Of a stretch of 64,000 nucleotides of DNA, positions 14,351 through 28,139 are shown piece by piece. The translations under genes and the position numbers were made by a program. Positions within the stretch are counted from its first letter, which is position 1. The number at the start of each line of letters is the position of its first letter. Below the pieces are notes generated by a model. The model saw nothing but the letters and a program-made list of their open reading frames with translations, was not told where the DNA came from and did not search any database. Origin of the DNA: Octopus sinensis (taxonomy: Eukaryota); NCBI RefSeq assembly GCF_006345805.1, contig NC_043013.1, forward strand, positions 33,480,001-33,544,000, in the 5' to 3' direction.

Positions 14351-14998
14351 TGTTCACCCTTTTTTCAGTCTGCGGAAATTGGCTAAAATTTGCCCTGTTT
14401 ATAATTATACCATACGTTACAAATATACACACACATATATATACGCATATATACACATCATAAAGGGTTAGGGCATATAACATCCTTTGGGTTACAGCCG
14501 TTTCACATTACTTTTAATGCATATTTTATACTACTGAATTATATATTTGTGCATCTATTTATCTATCTATATTGTTTTATTGGTTTCAGCCATGCTGCTT
14601 CGGTCATGCTTGAGCAACCTCATGGTTTTGGTGTTTTGGTCAAGCTGGGGAGTTTCACATCACCAGATATGTATGTGCTTTTTGTCCCAGCTGTCGACCC
14701 ATTTGAAGTATGAGGGAGTTTGATTCGGCTGCTCTCGCCTATACCTCATGCCGGGCCGTTGGTTCATCCATCATTATAGAGAGGAGAATGTATACTTCTA
14801 CGACCACATGATGGAGTTTTCCTTAACAAATTTAGTATGGATATATATTATATATATATGTAATATTATAATATATAATATATATATACATATATATATA
14901 TACATATATATACATATATATATAATATATATATATATATATGTTTATGAATATTTATTATATATATAAGTGCATATATATTATGTGCTCTGTGTGCA

Positions 14999-15096
<98 letters not shown>

Positions 15097-15622
15097 TATG
15101 AATATTTATTATATATATAAGTGCATATATATATGTGTCTCTGTGTGTATATATGTATATATATATATGCGCAGTACACAATGCGATAAGCAAGAATAAT
15201 TACAAGAAATAAGAAACAAAAAAGGTACTAAAATTCACGGGAAATATAAAGTACAAACTAAAAAAACACGTATTTCATACAACATAATCCATTAATCTCG
15301 TAGAACAAAATGCCCTAAGCTCCATGGACCACTCAGATTACCAGTAAGCGGAAGTAATGTGTGTGTGTGTGTATGAGTGTGTGTGTGTATGTGTATATGT
15401 GTGTTTGTGTGTGTGTGTGTGTGTTGTGTCTGTGCGGAAATTTAGGACATAATGCCCGCAGCTTTTGACTACCACAAATTGTTGCCACACATTTACATTT
15501 GCGCTGAGATTCCGGAGAAGAGGATATTGTAATAGTATATGCAAGCATATCTGTATGCATGTGTGTGTAAGTATATATATATTATATATATATGTGTGTA
15601 TGTGTGTATCTGTATCTATATA

Positions 15623-15669
<47 letters not shown>

Positions 15670-17023
15670 GTATATATATATGTATATATAAATGTATATA
15701 TAGATATATATGTGTGTTGTGTATGTGTATTTGTGCCTATATGTATATATATATTTATGTATATATGTATATATATATATATACATACATACACACACAC
15801 ACGTAAATATATATTTGTATGCATGTATGTATATATAATTTGGCCATTGTTTCTGCTTGTGGTGATTTGGTGTAAGTTTTATGATTACATTTCTAAACGG
15901 GATTTTGCTTTGCAATGTCAAATAATAGTATGAATTAAAAGAAAAAAAAATGGAAGAAATAAAGAAAGAAAGAAACAATAAAGGAAGAGAGAAAGGAAGG
16001 AAGAAAGACGGAAAAGAAAGACAGAAAAGAAGAAAGAAAGAGTTGAAGGAGGGCTGAGACGTCTTACGTGAAGAAACGTGTTCAAACAACTCAGGCGTAC
16101 CGGAATTACCTTGCGGCAATCTGTGCAACAGCGAAATACATGCCAAAACGAAAAGAAAAGAAAAGAAAGAGAGAAAATGAAAGAAAAGAGAAATACAAAG
16201 GTATAAATTGATAAATAATGGAATGAAATTAATTGTCATAAGAAAAAGTAAAATTTCCTATCATATCTATCGTAAACACTCAGCATTCATATTATATATT
16301 TTTCTCTCAATCTCTCCCTACAAACATACGTGTATGCCTGTGTGGTATGGATTTATCTATCTACTTTATGTTATGCACAACAAGAAGGTAAATCAGAATT
16401 AAAATGCATTTCTAATAATAGTTTCATTGCGGCTTGAATAAAAATATAAAGCTATTTATTCAGTTATATTTGTGCACAGAAAGAAATAATGTGGGAGTCT
16501 CTTGTCGGGTTGCTTCGCAGCGGGCAACTGCTGGTCAGTGACCACGTTCTCGCTTTCCTTAATCAAGAGTATAGACCAACTTCCACGTGAAGCAGTTATT
16601 AGTGGATCGCTTAATTTCCATATTTTTATCTTTGACAATCCTTAATTAAAGTATATTGATCTATGAACACCTCTGACTAAATGTAAAAGACCGAAATAAA
16701 CACAAATGATATAAAACCCACTGTGGGTTAAATAAAAATGTAAATGCATTCTTTTTATACTATTCATGGGCGGACACCTCGTAGCTAATCACATTCAACG
16801 CGCGGAGACACACACACACACATATACACATACAAATCACACACACATACACACACGCTCACATACAGTCCAGTGTATATGTACATGCTTATATATTTAT
16901 ATATGTATGTTTAATTCACTAGGTAAGATCCAGAGGAAAAGTTACTAGGGTCACCAAATGTCACATAAGCATGGGTGGTAATTCCGAGAAGTGAGACCTG
17001 AGATATGCTTTATATATATATAT

Positions 17024-17076
<53 letters not shown>

Positions 17077-17080
<4 letters not shown>

Positions 17081-17255
17081 TGGTTGTATAAAGTCAACAC
17101 AACGTGACAGTCCCGTAGAGGGAATTACATCACCGCTATATAGCCCTAGGAAGCATCCATGCTTCCTCTCGGCTTTGACACCCTAGGGCTATATAGCGGT
17201 GTTGTAATTCCCTCTACGAGACTGTCACATTATGTTGACTTTATACAACCACTCT
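17077..17255. repeat. Long inverted repeat: 74-bp arms, 31-nt spacer
   Basis: 17077-17150 is the reverse complement of 17182-17255 with 4 mismatches. Confidence 0.95.
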
Positions 17256-17330
17256 ATCGCTCCACCACCGCTCATGTCTCGTTGAGACATTTAGAAGTTC
17301 AATATTTCTAATATATATATATATATTACA

Positions 17331-17711
17331 CTTTTACTTGTTTCAATCATTTGAGCAAATCGACTCCAGGACTTATTCTTTGTAAGCCTAGTACTTATTC
17401 TATCGGTCTCTTTTGTCGAATATCTAAGTTGCGGGGACGCAAACACACCAGTATCAGTTGTCAAGCAATGTTGGGGGACAAACACAGATACACAAACACA
17501 CACACACATACACACACACCACACACACAAATATATATACATATATACGACGGGCTTCTTTCAGGTTCCGTCCAACAAATCCACTCACTAGGCTTTGGTC
17601 AGCCCCAGGCTATAGTAGAAGACACTTGCCCAAGGTGCCACGCAGTGGGACTGAACCCGGAACCATGTGATTGGTAAGCAAGCTACTTACCACACAGCCA
17701 CTCCTGGCCCT
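17331..17711 (-). mobile_element. SINE family A (short deletion near tail)
   Basis: Colinear with 13934-14326. Confidence 0.9.
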
Positions 17712-17720
17712 ATATATATT

Positions 17721-17765
<45 letters not shown>

Positions 17766-18289
17766 ATATTATATATATATATATGTAATTGTACGTATGT
17801 ATATATACTTATATGTACGCGCGCACACATATATACACTGAGAAACAGAGTGAGAGAGAGAGAGGAAAGAGAGAGAGAGAGAGGGAGAGAGAGGGAGAGA
17901 GAGAGTGCACAAAACTTATTTGTGGACATTCATATATTTCCCTTCGACTACATTTAATATACGGATCGAATAATATCAAAATTTTTAGGAAGCATATATG
18001 CAAATACATATGCGTATTTATATGTTCTATGTCTGCATGTGTGTGTAAATGTGTGCGTATCTATTACAAATTTAAAGCCAAGGGCATGATGATTTTTTTT
18101 TCCAATTCTCGGGAAACAATATTAGTTATTTAATCCGGTTCTTGTTTTTCCGATTCCCCGGCTGTAAATTACTTGTGTGATAAGCTATGGCATTGATAAT
18201 TAGTAACATTAATGTGTATAATAATATCGCCACTAATTATATCTGCTATTGCTCTACATTTCTTTACTACTATTGCCACGATTAACCGA

Positions 18290-18460
18290 TGAAATATCTT
18301 GTAAGCGGTCATCTAATCTGCTAGAAATAACTATAATATCTCCCGTAGAGCTTGACCTATTGTTTTAAAAAGAAGGATCTGCGACACGTACATAAAACAT
18401 CTATGATTAAGAAGGCCTGATTCCTGTTTGATAAGAGTTGACCTGCGGACAAAATCAACA
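18290..18460 (-). repeat. Old dispersed repeat (family E)
   Basis: gtcatctaatctgctagaaata... is the reverse complement of the motif tatttctagcagatcagacgac at ~62757-62778; related pieces near 3350, 4730 and 43160. Confidence 0.5.
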
Positions 18461-18464
18461 ACAT

Positions 18465-18876
18465 AGGCGTAGAAGTGGCTGTGTAGTAAGCAGTTTGCTT
18501 ACGAACCACATGGTTTCGGGTTCAGTCCCTCTGCGTGGTACCTTGGACAAGTATCTTCTATTATAGCCTCGGGCCGACCAAAGCCTTGTGAGTGGATTTG
18601 GTAGACAGAAACTGAAAAAACTAAAAGAAGCCCATCGTATATATATATACATGTATATATATACGTTTGTGTGTCTCTGTTTGCCCCCAACATCGCTTGA
18701 CATCCAATGCTTGTATGTTTATGTCCCCGTAACTTAGCGGTTCGGCAAAAGACAACCGATATAATAAGTACTAGGCTTACAAAAGAATAAGTCCTAGGGT
18801 CGATTTGCTCGACTAAAGGAGATGCTCCAGCATGGCCGGAGTCAAGTGACTGAAACAAGTAAAAGAGTAAAAGAGT
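18465..18876 (+). mobile_element. SINE family A, full-length
   Basis: aggcgtagaagtggctgtgtagtaag...ggttcagtccc...accttggacaagt...tgactgaaacaagtaaaagagtaaaagag. Confidence 0.92.
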
Positions 18877-19853
18877 TACAGAACCAGGGCAACACCAAGA
18901 AAACAACTAATACTTCTATTATATTCACCATCATAACTGCTGCTTTTGCTGCTGCTGGTGCTGCTGCCCCCTCCCCCTACTACTACTACTACTACGACTA
19001 CTACGACTACTACTACTACTGCTACTGCAACTACGACGATAACGACATTTTTGACACTTCTATGATGTCACCCTTATTCGTACTTTATTTTCTGAACAGG
19101 AAATTGATAAAATGCAAAATCAGTGTCGGTGGTATTCGGACTGAGGCCATGCAAAGGATTGAATAAAATACAGAAGGAAAATGTTGTACAATGCTTCACT
19201 GATATGCACAATATTCGGTGCCAGCGTTATCTCAATTCATAATCACAACAGTGATTAAGAAAGCAGTGATTAGGATAATGAAGGATCATGGAGAAAAAAT
19301 GTTTTCTGAATATATGAAAATAATTTTAATACAAATTATAAGGTAAAGTAATTCTGAAGAATAACCTTTATATAATGCTAAGACAACCAAGAGTTTTGGT
19401 ATAAAACATGTAAACGATATGCTTAAAAAGAAATCCGAAAGACACTGTTGTTTTGAAAAATATAACCGTAAACCACTGTGTCCCTGCTCTTCTGATAGAC
19501 TTATCTTGAAGATAGTAAGAAAGACTATCAGCCTAAGATTTGCTTGAAGCGTCTGGCAATGTTTTGTCAAAAAAAAAAACAGGTCTGATCAGTGGTTTAT
19601 TCCAACATTTTGGTCGATAAGAATATATTCAGACCTTCGGAGGTAGCATATCTCATAGGGCGTGCTGAATCCTCGAGAAGCGCTAAGCAGTGCGATTCCT
19701 TTCCTCTAAGAACACAAGATTAAATGAGTCTTCAGCGTTTTACTGGACAGTTAATCATGCACCTTATGACACTTGTCAGCGGTATGGGTTTCTCCTTCAA
19801 AGATATGTTCTGGTTATATGTATATGTGCGTGTGTATATGTATGTATGTATGT

Positions 19854-19899
<46 letters not shown>

Positions 19900-19989
19900 A
19901 TACATACATACATAACACACTCATATACATATAATACATACACTACATAGATACATAATTAAGTGTAATGTACCTGCTAGTATGTAAAC

Positions 19990-20905
<916 letters not shown>

Positions 20906-21101
20906 CATTAGTAGAATGTATGACACTTGTTTCAAGATATATCTATGGATATATTTTACAGTTAATTTTCTACTATATATGTAATATTTAGCATTTTCTT
21001 CCTGCTTCTAATCTATCAACAAATCTATTCAAATATATATAAATATGTGGCTCGTATGTATGTATATATGTATGTATATCTATATATTGACATATATATA
21101 T

Positions 21102-21182
<81 letters not shown>

Positions 21183-21522
21183 TATATGCATGTATGTATG
21201 TATATCTATGTATATGTAAGTATTATATTTGTGAAAGACAAAATCATACACAAACAACAAATGTATGCGGTAACGAAGGCAAATGAACTTATATAAAAAT
21301 TGTTATCACATATTCAGAAAAAAAATTATCACTAATTTTATACGTTACATTATTTTTAACTACATATTCGTGGGTACGAGAGCGTGTGTATGTTTCTGGG
21401 TGTGTCTTTGTGGGGGAGTACACACATACACACACGCACACATATATATATACATGTTGAGACCATGTCTCTCTCTCTTTCTCTCACTGTCTCATTCGTT
21501 CTCTCTATCTCTATCTCTCCCA

Positions 21523-21597
<75 letters not shown>

Positions 21598-22166
21598 GAA
21601 AGAAAGAATGAGAGAGAGTGCCATAGAGATTATATGATATTCAATCTAGTCTCATAATTATTTATGCTGTGAAATATTTTCCACGTTTACTGATTTAATC
21701 ATTTCATCAGAAGAAGGATGGTGTACATGCGAAGCATACGTAAAGTAAAACAAAACAAAACAACAACTTTTTTGGTTTAGGACAATTTCTTTCTGTGCAC
21801 AATTTTATGCAAGCAGTAAAACAGAGTCTTCCTCGCAATAGGTACAACGACCAATGGACTTGTGGAAACTGAAATGGCATTCGGTCTTCTTCTCTAGATA
21901 TTTGTCAGTTGTTTTATTTTCTACGTGTATACACGTTATTCCTTGTTATTCATTTACAATTTGTGGTGTTGGCTACATTTTAACGATAGCTAATTCTTTG
22001 ACAATATGCTTAACCGTGTACAATTTTGCTCCACTTTACCTTTTATACGTTCGTAGGTAATATAACAGAAAGTCAGTGTACTTCATATGTCAATTTAATC
22101 AGGTGACCCACTTTTCATAAATATTTGTGATCTTATTACTGTACACACAACTGTTACACGTACACA

Positions 22167-22210
<44 letters not shown>

Positions 22211-22229
22211 ATGTATATATATGTCATTC

Positions 22230-22570
22230 AAATATGCAGTGATATACAGTTGGAAAATCCTAGAAGGACTTGTCCTAAACCTTGACATTGAAAGTACCCA
22301 AACAGTAGAAGGAGGCACCACTGCTTTGTACCAAAGATCTCAACATCGCCATACAGATTTGAGGACCAGCTACAATAACAGCTTGGATTTCGAGGGCCCA
22401 CAACTATTCTCTATCCTCCCAAAAACCTAGGACAGTTGCATGTGGTAGATGTAGGTGTCTCCAAATCGAAACTGGATTTCCTGACAAAAGTTCCGGATAA
22501 ACCTACCTCGCAGCTGGAAACGCAGATGATTGCAGCAACATCAAAAACTCCCTCGTTCAGGATATATCAC
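22230..22570 (+). mobile_element. 3' end of a CR1/L2-group LINE ORF2, decayed
   Basis: Translates across frameshifts as YAVIYSWKILEGLV...NSLDFEGPQLFSILPK...KSKLDFL..VPDKP, typical of the CR1/L2-group ORF2 C-terminus. Confidence 0.7.
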
Positions 22571-22573
22571 ATA

Positions 22574-22793
22574 TCAGTGAGCTAGCAGAGTCGTTAGTAC
22601 ACCGGGAAAATGCTTAGCTGCTTTTTGTCCCGTCTTTAGCTTCAGAGTCCAAATTTCCCAAGAGTCGACTTTGACTTTCATCCTTTCGGAGTCGATAAAT
22701 TAAATACCAGTTAAACACTGGTGTAGATGTAATCGACTAGTTCACTTCCAACAAATTTCAGGCTTTGTGCCTTTACTAAAAAAGATGATTATT
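22574..22793 (+). mobile_element. SINE family B monomer
   Basis: gagctagcagagtcgttag head; gtcgactttgactttcatcctttcggagtcgataaattaaataccag. Confidence 0.85.
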
Positions 22794-22794
22794 T

Positions 22795-23168
22795 TGTTTT
22801 TAGCTCAGGTTCGGATTTATTTCCGATAGGATTTATGTGGATAGCGGATCACAAACTGTAACCTTAGGTATCCACAAATTTTCAGCAGTCGTTCAAGTGC
22901 TTAGAACCATCCTGATAATCCTTGCCGTCCCTGAGAGACAATCTTTCTGTAGGAGCTGTACCGGGCATTCTTTTTCATTTTCTTTCAGCCATTTGTCTAA
23001 ATCTTTGCTCACTGTTCCCAACGCACCAATTATTATAGACATGATCTTTACTTTTCACCTGCTCCAAATTCTTCCTATTTCTATACGATCCTGGAATCAA
23101 ACGGACATAATGGGTCAATAAGTAAGCAACTTCGTTTTTCCTTATCTATAATTGTTATGTCTGGTCTA
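22795..23168 (-). mobile_element. R4/Dong-clade non-LTR element, RLE C-terminus plus 3' UTR
   Basis: Minus strand: RPDITIIDKEKRSCLLID..CPFD...EIGRIW...IIIGALGTVSKDLDKWL...LLQKDCLSGTARIIRMVLST*. Confidence 0.85.
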
Positions 23169-23519
23169 GGCAAGCTAGCAGGTTGTTAGCGGGTCGGACA
23201 AAATACTTGGAGCCGTATCTTCCGCTTTTGTACGTTTTATGTTCAAATTCCTCCAACATCGACTTCGTCTTCCATACATACTTTCGGGGTCTATTAAATA
23301 CATGCTAGATAAGCACTACAACGATGTAATAAACTAGCACTTCCGCTTAAAATTGCAGGCCTCGTGCCAAAATTTAAGATAGCTGTTAAGTCACCGAGTT
23401 CATCTTTGCCTTCCATCGTTAGGGGTCGATAAATTAAGTATCAGTGAAGCGGTGGGGGCGATTTAATTGACTAGACCCCGCTCTCAAAATTTCGGCCCTT
23501 GTGTCTTTAGTAAAAAAAG

Positions 23520-23520
<1 letters not shown>
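23168..23520 (+). mobile_element. Two adjacent decayed family-B SINE copies followed by (TTA)n
   Basis: gttcaaattcctccaacatcgacttcgtcttccat...ctttcggggtc and tttgccttccatcgttaggggtcgataaattaagtatcag. Confidence 0.75.
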
Positions 23521-23572
<52 letters not shown>

Positions 23573-23615
23573 TTTGATTTTTATTAATTTAAGTAGTAGT
23601 ATTAGTAATAGTTGA

Positions 23616-24197
23616 AGGCGGCGAGCTGGCAGAAGCGTTAGCACGGCGGGCGAAATGCTTACCGGTATTTCGTCTGCCGCTACGTTCAGAGTTCAAATTC
23701 CGCCAAGGTCGACTTTGCCTTTCGGGGTCGATTAAATAAGTACAAGTTACGCACTGGGGGCGATATAATTGACTTAATCCGTTTGTCTGTCCTTGTTTCT
23801 CCTCTCTGTTTGGCCCCCTTGTGCGTAGTAAAGAAACAGGTATTTCGGCTGCCGCTACGTTCTTAATACAAATTCTGCCGAGGTCAACTTTGCCTTTCAT
23901 CCCTTCGGGGTCGATTAAATAAGTACAGGTTACACACTTGGGTCAATATAATCGACTTAATCCGTTTGTCTGTCCTTCTTTGTCACTTCTGTATTAAGCC
24001 CCTTGTGGGTAGTAAAGAAATATGTATTTCGTCTGTCTTTACGTTATGAGTTCAAATTCCGCCGAAGTTGACTTTGCCTTTTAACCTTTCGGGGTCGATA
24101 AATTAGATACCAGTTACGTACTGGGGTCGATCTAATCGACTGGCCCTCACCACCCTAAAATATTTCGGGCCTTGTGTCTAGAGTAGAAAAGAGTATT
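23616..24197 (+). mobile_element. SINE family B, trimeric copy
   Basis: One head followed by three gtatttcg...caaattc.gcc...ttcggggtcgat units (~23616-23838, 23839-24021, 24022-24197). Confidence 0.9.
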
Positions 24198-24882
24198 AGC
24201 AGCAGCAGCAGCAGCAGTAGCAGCAATCTACTACTATATTTTGCTGATTAATAATAATGCTATAACCCAATAGAAGTACATAGTGGTATCGAGGTTGTAA
24301 TAACGTTAACAAGGAACAACGTAAAATCTTATAGTGTCTTCATCTATGCCAGAAGTATGAAGGCAAATCAAGGGAGACAGAAAGGCTTTCTCGGTGACTG
24401 TTTTACTTCCTGTAAAAACCATTGCACAAAGCTTGCTGTTGTGTGTGTGTGTCTCCGTTTTTATGGATATATGGATGGATAAGTTTATGTGTGTGTATGT
24501 GTGTGTTTGTGTGCGTGACTGTGTTTGTGTGTGAATGTCCTTGCGCCAAAGCTTATATTTGAATATATATTTAGTGCATGTGATTTCGCTCACTTCGTTA
24601 ACTTCGTTTCGTATTTTATCATGTAGAATAATGACGAACCTCTGAAGTTTCCAGCATATTGTTAATTAGTTGTTGAGTACTTTGGAGATAATATGCCCCG
24701 AGTCAGACAAATTAAGATGCGCTACGTTCGACAAATGTATATCTAAAGCCTATATCTATATCTACATCAATATCTATAAGTACGAATACGCACATGCACA
24801 TAAGTAAATACATACTTGCATTTATACATTTACACACACACATAAACACACAAAGATATATATATGTATATATATATATAAT

Positions 24883-24913
<31 letters not shown>

Positions 24914-24981
24914 ATATATACGTATAAATATATATATATATATGTATGTATGTATATATATACGTATATATATAAATATGT

Positions 24982-25013
<32 letters not shown>

Positions 25014-25015
25014 CG

Positions 25016-25050
<35 letters not shown>

Positions 25051-25490
25051 ATCACGTGATATATATGTATGTATGTATGTATGTATATATACATATATAG
25101 GTCAGGGAGAGTGCGAGGAACAAATTCGATTGACAACGATCAGTGATGTGCTGCTCGCCTTGAGCGGAGGAAAGAAAGTTGACCGCGCTTTCTACATCAA
25201 GAAGCATCTCCTTGATAACGTTTATTTCCCCTATGTCATCGTTTGGCAATTTTCTTCTTTCCTCTCATTTCTTCACAAAGACATAGGAAACGAGAAATTC
25301 TTTATCCCCTTATCGTTTACTTCATCGTTTCAATTAAGACGTAGTTTGTTGTCAAGGAAAATTTCTTATTGTTTCAACTCATTAGCAGTTTGTCGGCATA
25401 CGTACATATATATATATATATATATATATCTATATATATATATATATATATATATATCTATATATATATTATATATATATATATATGTGT

Positions 25491-25526
<36 letters not shown>

Positions 25527-25901
25527 TGTGTGTATAGATATATATATATATATATATATTTGAACATTTGTGTGTGCGTGAGTGAATATATTACCATATA
25601 CATATGTGCCTCTGTATACATATATACGCACGCATAAATGTACACAGAAATATGGATCCGCATATACATACATGCATACATAAATACACACACACACACA
25701 CACATATATGTGGACATATAAGGAATGAATGTATATGTGTATATTCATCTATGTGTCACAATATATTGATGTATATATATATATGTACCTTGGCACACAC
25801 ATACACATGTGTATGTATGCATATATGCATATATACCATGCATATCCGTGCATACGTATATATTAAATATGTATGTATATACATATATATATACATATAT
25901 A

Positions 25902-25939
<38 letters not shown>

Positions 25940-25984
25940 TATATAATATTTGTATGTATACATACCTATATATGCATATTTATG

Positions 25985-26032
<48 letters not shown>

Positions 26033-27218
26033 GGTACATACATTCACACACACACACACACATACACTCATATATATATATATATATATATTCGCACACT
26101 GAGAATGAAAGTGAGAATGGAAAAGTGGGAGAGATGAAGATAGATAAATAAACGGTGGCAGACGTTGGAGAATGTTTGTGGAGAAAGGGAGAGAGTAGAA
26201 GAGACTTCTGTTTTTGTCATTAGTGACATAATGGGATTGTTATTCTTATAATCCTGCTATCATTAGAATGACGCTATTGCTTTTCTTTCTTATAATTTCG
26301 CCATTGTTTTCGTTGATGATAGTAATGGTGTTTGTGGTGATGGTGGTGGTGGTGAAGGTGATGGTGGTGAAGGTGATGGTGGTGGTGGTGATGGTGGTGA
26401 TAGTGGTGGTAGTTGTGGTGATGGTGGCGGCGGTGGTGTTAATGGTGGTGGCGGCGGGGGTGTTGCTGTTGGTAGTGGTAGCGGTGGTGATGCTGGAGTT
26501 GATTACAAGGAGATAACATGCGGTGCTTGCCACCGTTTCTGTTGCTGTTGCTGCTGTTCCCAATAACAATGCTGTTGATGATGATGATGATGATGATGTC
26601 ACCGAAGATGTTCATAACGACGTCGACGATAATGATGATGATGATGATGATGATGATGACGACGAAAACGACGATATTGATAATACGGTTTCGCTGTTTA
26701 CTATTTTTGTTATTACTATGGTGATGTTTTCTTTTACAATTATTCTTTTTTTACTATATTTACATTTGAATTTATTTTTTTATTGCATTTATATTTCATT
26801 TTATTCTTTTCTCCAATGATGAGGCGTTTTCTGTCGTTGATTCTTCTGGGGAATATTATTGTTCATGTTGTTGTTTACTAGGGGTTGTTGTTATTTCCTT
26901 ATCTACGTTGATGTAAAGTTGCCTTGGGTATTGTTAACGTTGCTTCTGTTATTATTGTTGCTGTTGCTACTATCATTGATGAATTTTGTTGCTGCATTTG
27001 TTTCGGATGATTTCATTGTTTTTTTTATATTGTTTTCGTTGTTGTTTTATCTGTTATTGCTACGTTTGTTGCTATTATATCCCAGCAATTGTTGAAATCG
27101 TTGCACAGCATTCTTCATGTTTTCAGAACTATCGCTGACCGAAGGTACTGCAGCCGTAAGAAACCTGCAAATACATACATACATACATGCACACACATAT
27201 ATCTATACATACATAGAT

Positions 27219-27316
<98 letters not shown>

Positions 27317-27596
27317 GTATATATATTAATCAAAGGAACTCCAACTTCGTCTGATTTTCGCGTCTAATTTAATTTATATTATAACAATATAATATAATAT
27401 AATATAAAATGATATAATGAAATGATAGAATATCAAATGTTCATTCTTATTGAAATAGTACTTTCATGTGTTAAACTATGCAATCTTCAGGATCATATAG
27501 TAGTTGTAACAGTTTTATTTTATAATTTACAGCGTATATATATATATATATACACACACACATATGTATATATATACATATATATACATATATATG

Positions 27597-27636
<40 letters not shown>

Positions 27637-27769
27637 TATATAAGCATGTATGCAGATATATATGTGTATGTGTGTGTATGTATGTATATAAGCAAATCAA
27701 TAAATAACAAACGATGGCTAAACATCAGTTCATTACGTCTGTTTCTAACACATTTTAAATAAATAAATA

Positions 27770-28030
27770 CATTGCAGAGGTGAATTATTCAAACTCTAAG
27801 TAATTCTCAACACAAGGCTAGGATCAGAGATGCGCATTTTGCTATTTACGAAAGGACATGCTTCATTTGTTATGGTCAAACAACTGACAAGCAAATATGT
27901 AGCATTGAGCAGAATATTTGCTGTAGTCCATCTTTTGTACCAAGACAAAACAATGTACATGATAACAATTCCAATCAGTTAAGGTTAGAAGCCATTAGAA
28001 TCAGTGCCTGGCACTGCATCAATGCATTTA
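27770..28030 (-). mobile_element. Family D (TAA-flanked non-autonomous element), partial
   Basis: Reverse complement of ~34121-34410 with internal deletions; abuts a (TAA/TGA)n tract. Confidence 0.8.
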
Positions 28031-28062
28031 TTATTATGATGACGATGATGATGATGATGATG

Positions 28063-28101
<39 letters not shown>

Positions 28102-28102
28102 T

Positions 28103-28139
<37 letters not shown>

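Noticed and set aside
14122-14463. Recurring peptide RRASFSFRLPNPLTRLWSARGYSRRHLPKVPRSGTEPGTMW in several ORFs
   Set aside because: Antisense translation of the family-A SINE head, not a gene family
14485-14525. Minus-strand gcatta-aaag-taatgt-GAAA-cggctg-TA-accc, like a hammerhead 3' half
   Set aside because: No CUGANGA strand or stem I partner is visible; too incomplete to call
21678-21715. Minus-strand CTGATGA with small hairpin
   Set aside because: GTAA replaces GAAA and the pairing is weak; compatible with chance in AT-rich DNA
27080-27165. Resemblance of [14 protein letters not shown] to the MMP pro-domain motif
   Set aside because: The downstream TG.LD..T and PRCGVPD motifs are absent and there is no donor site
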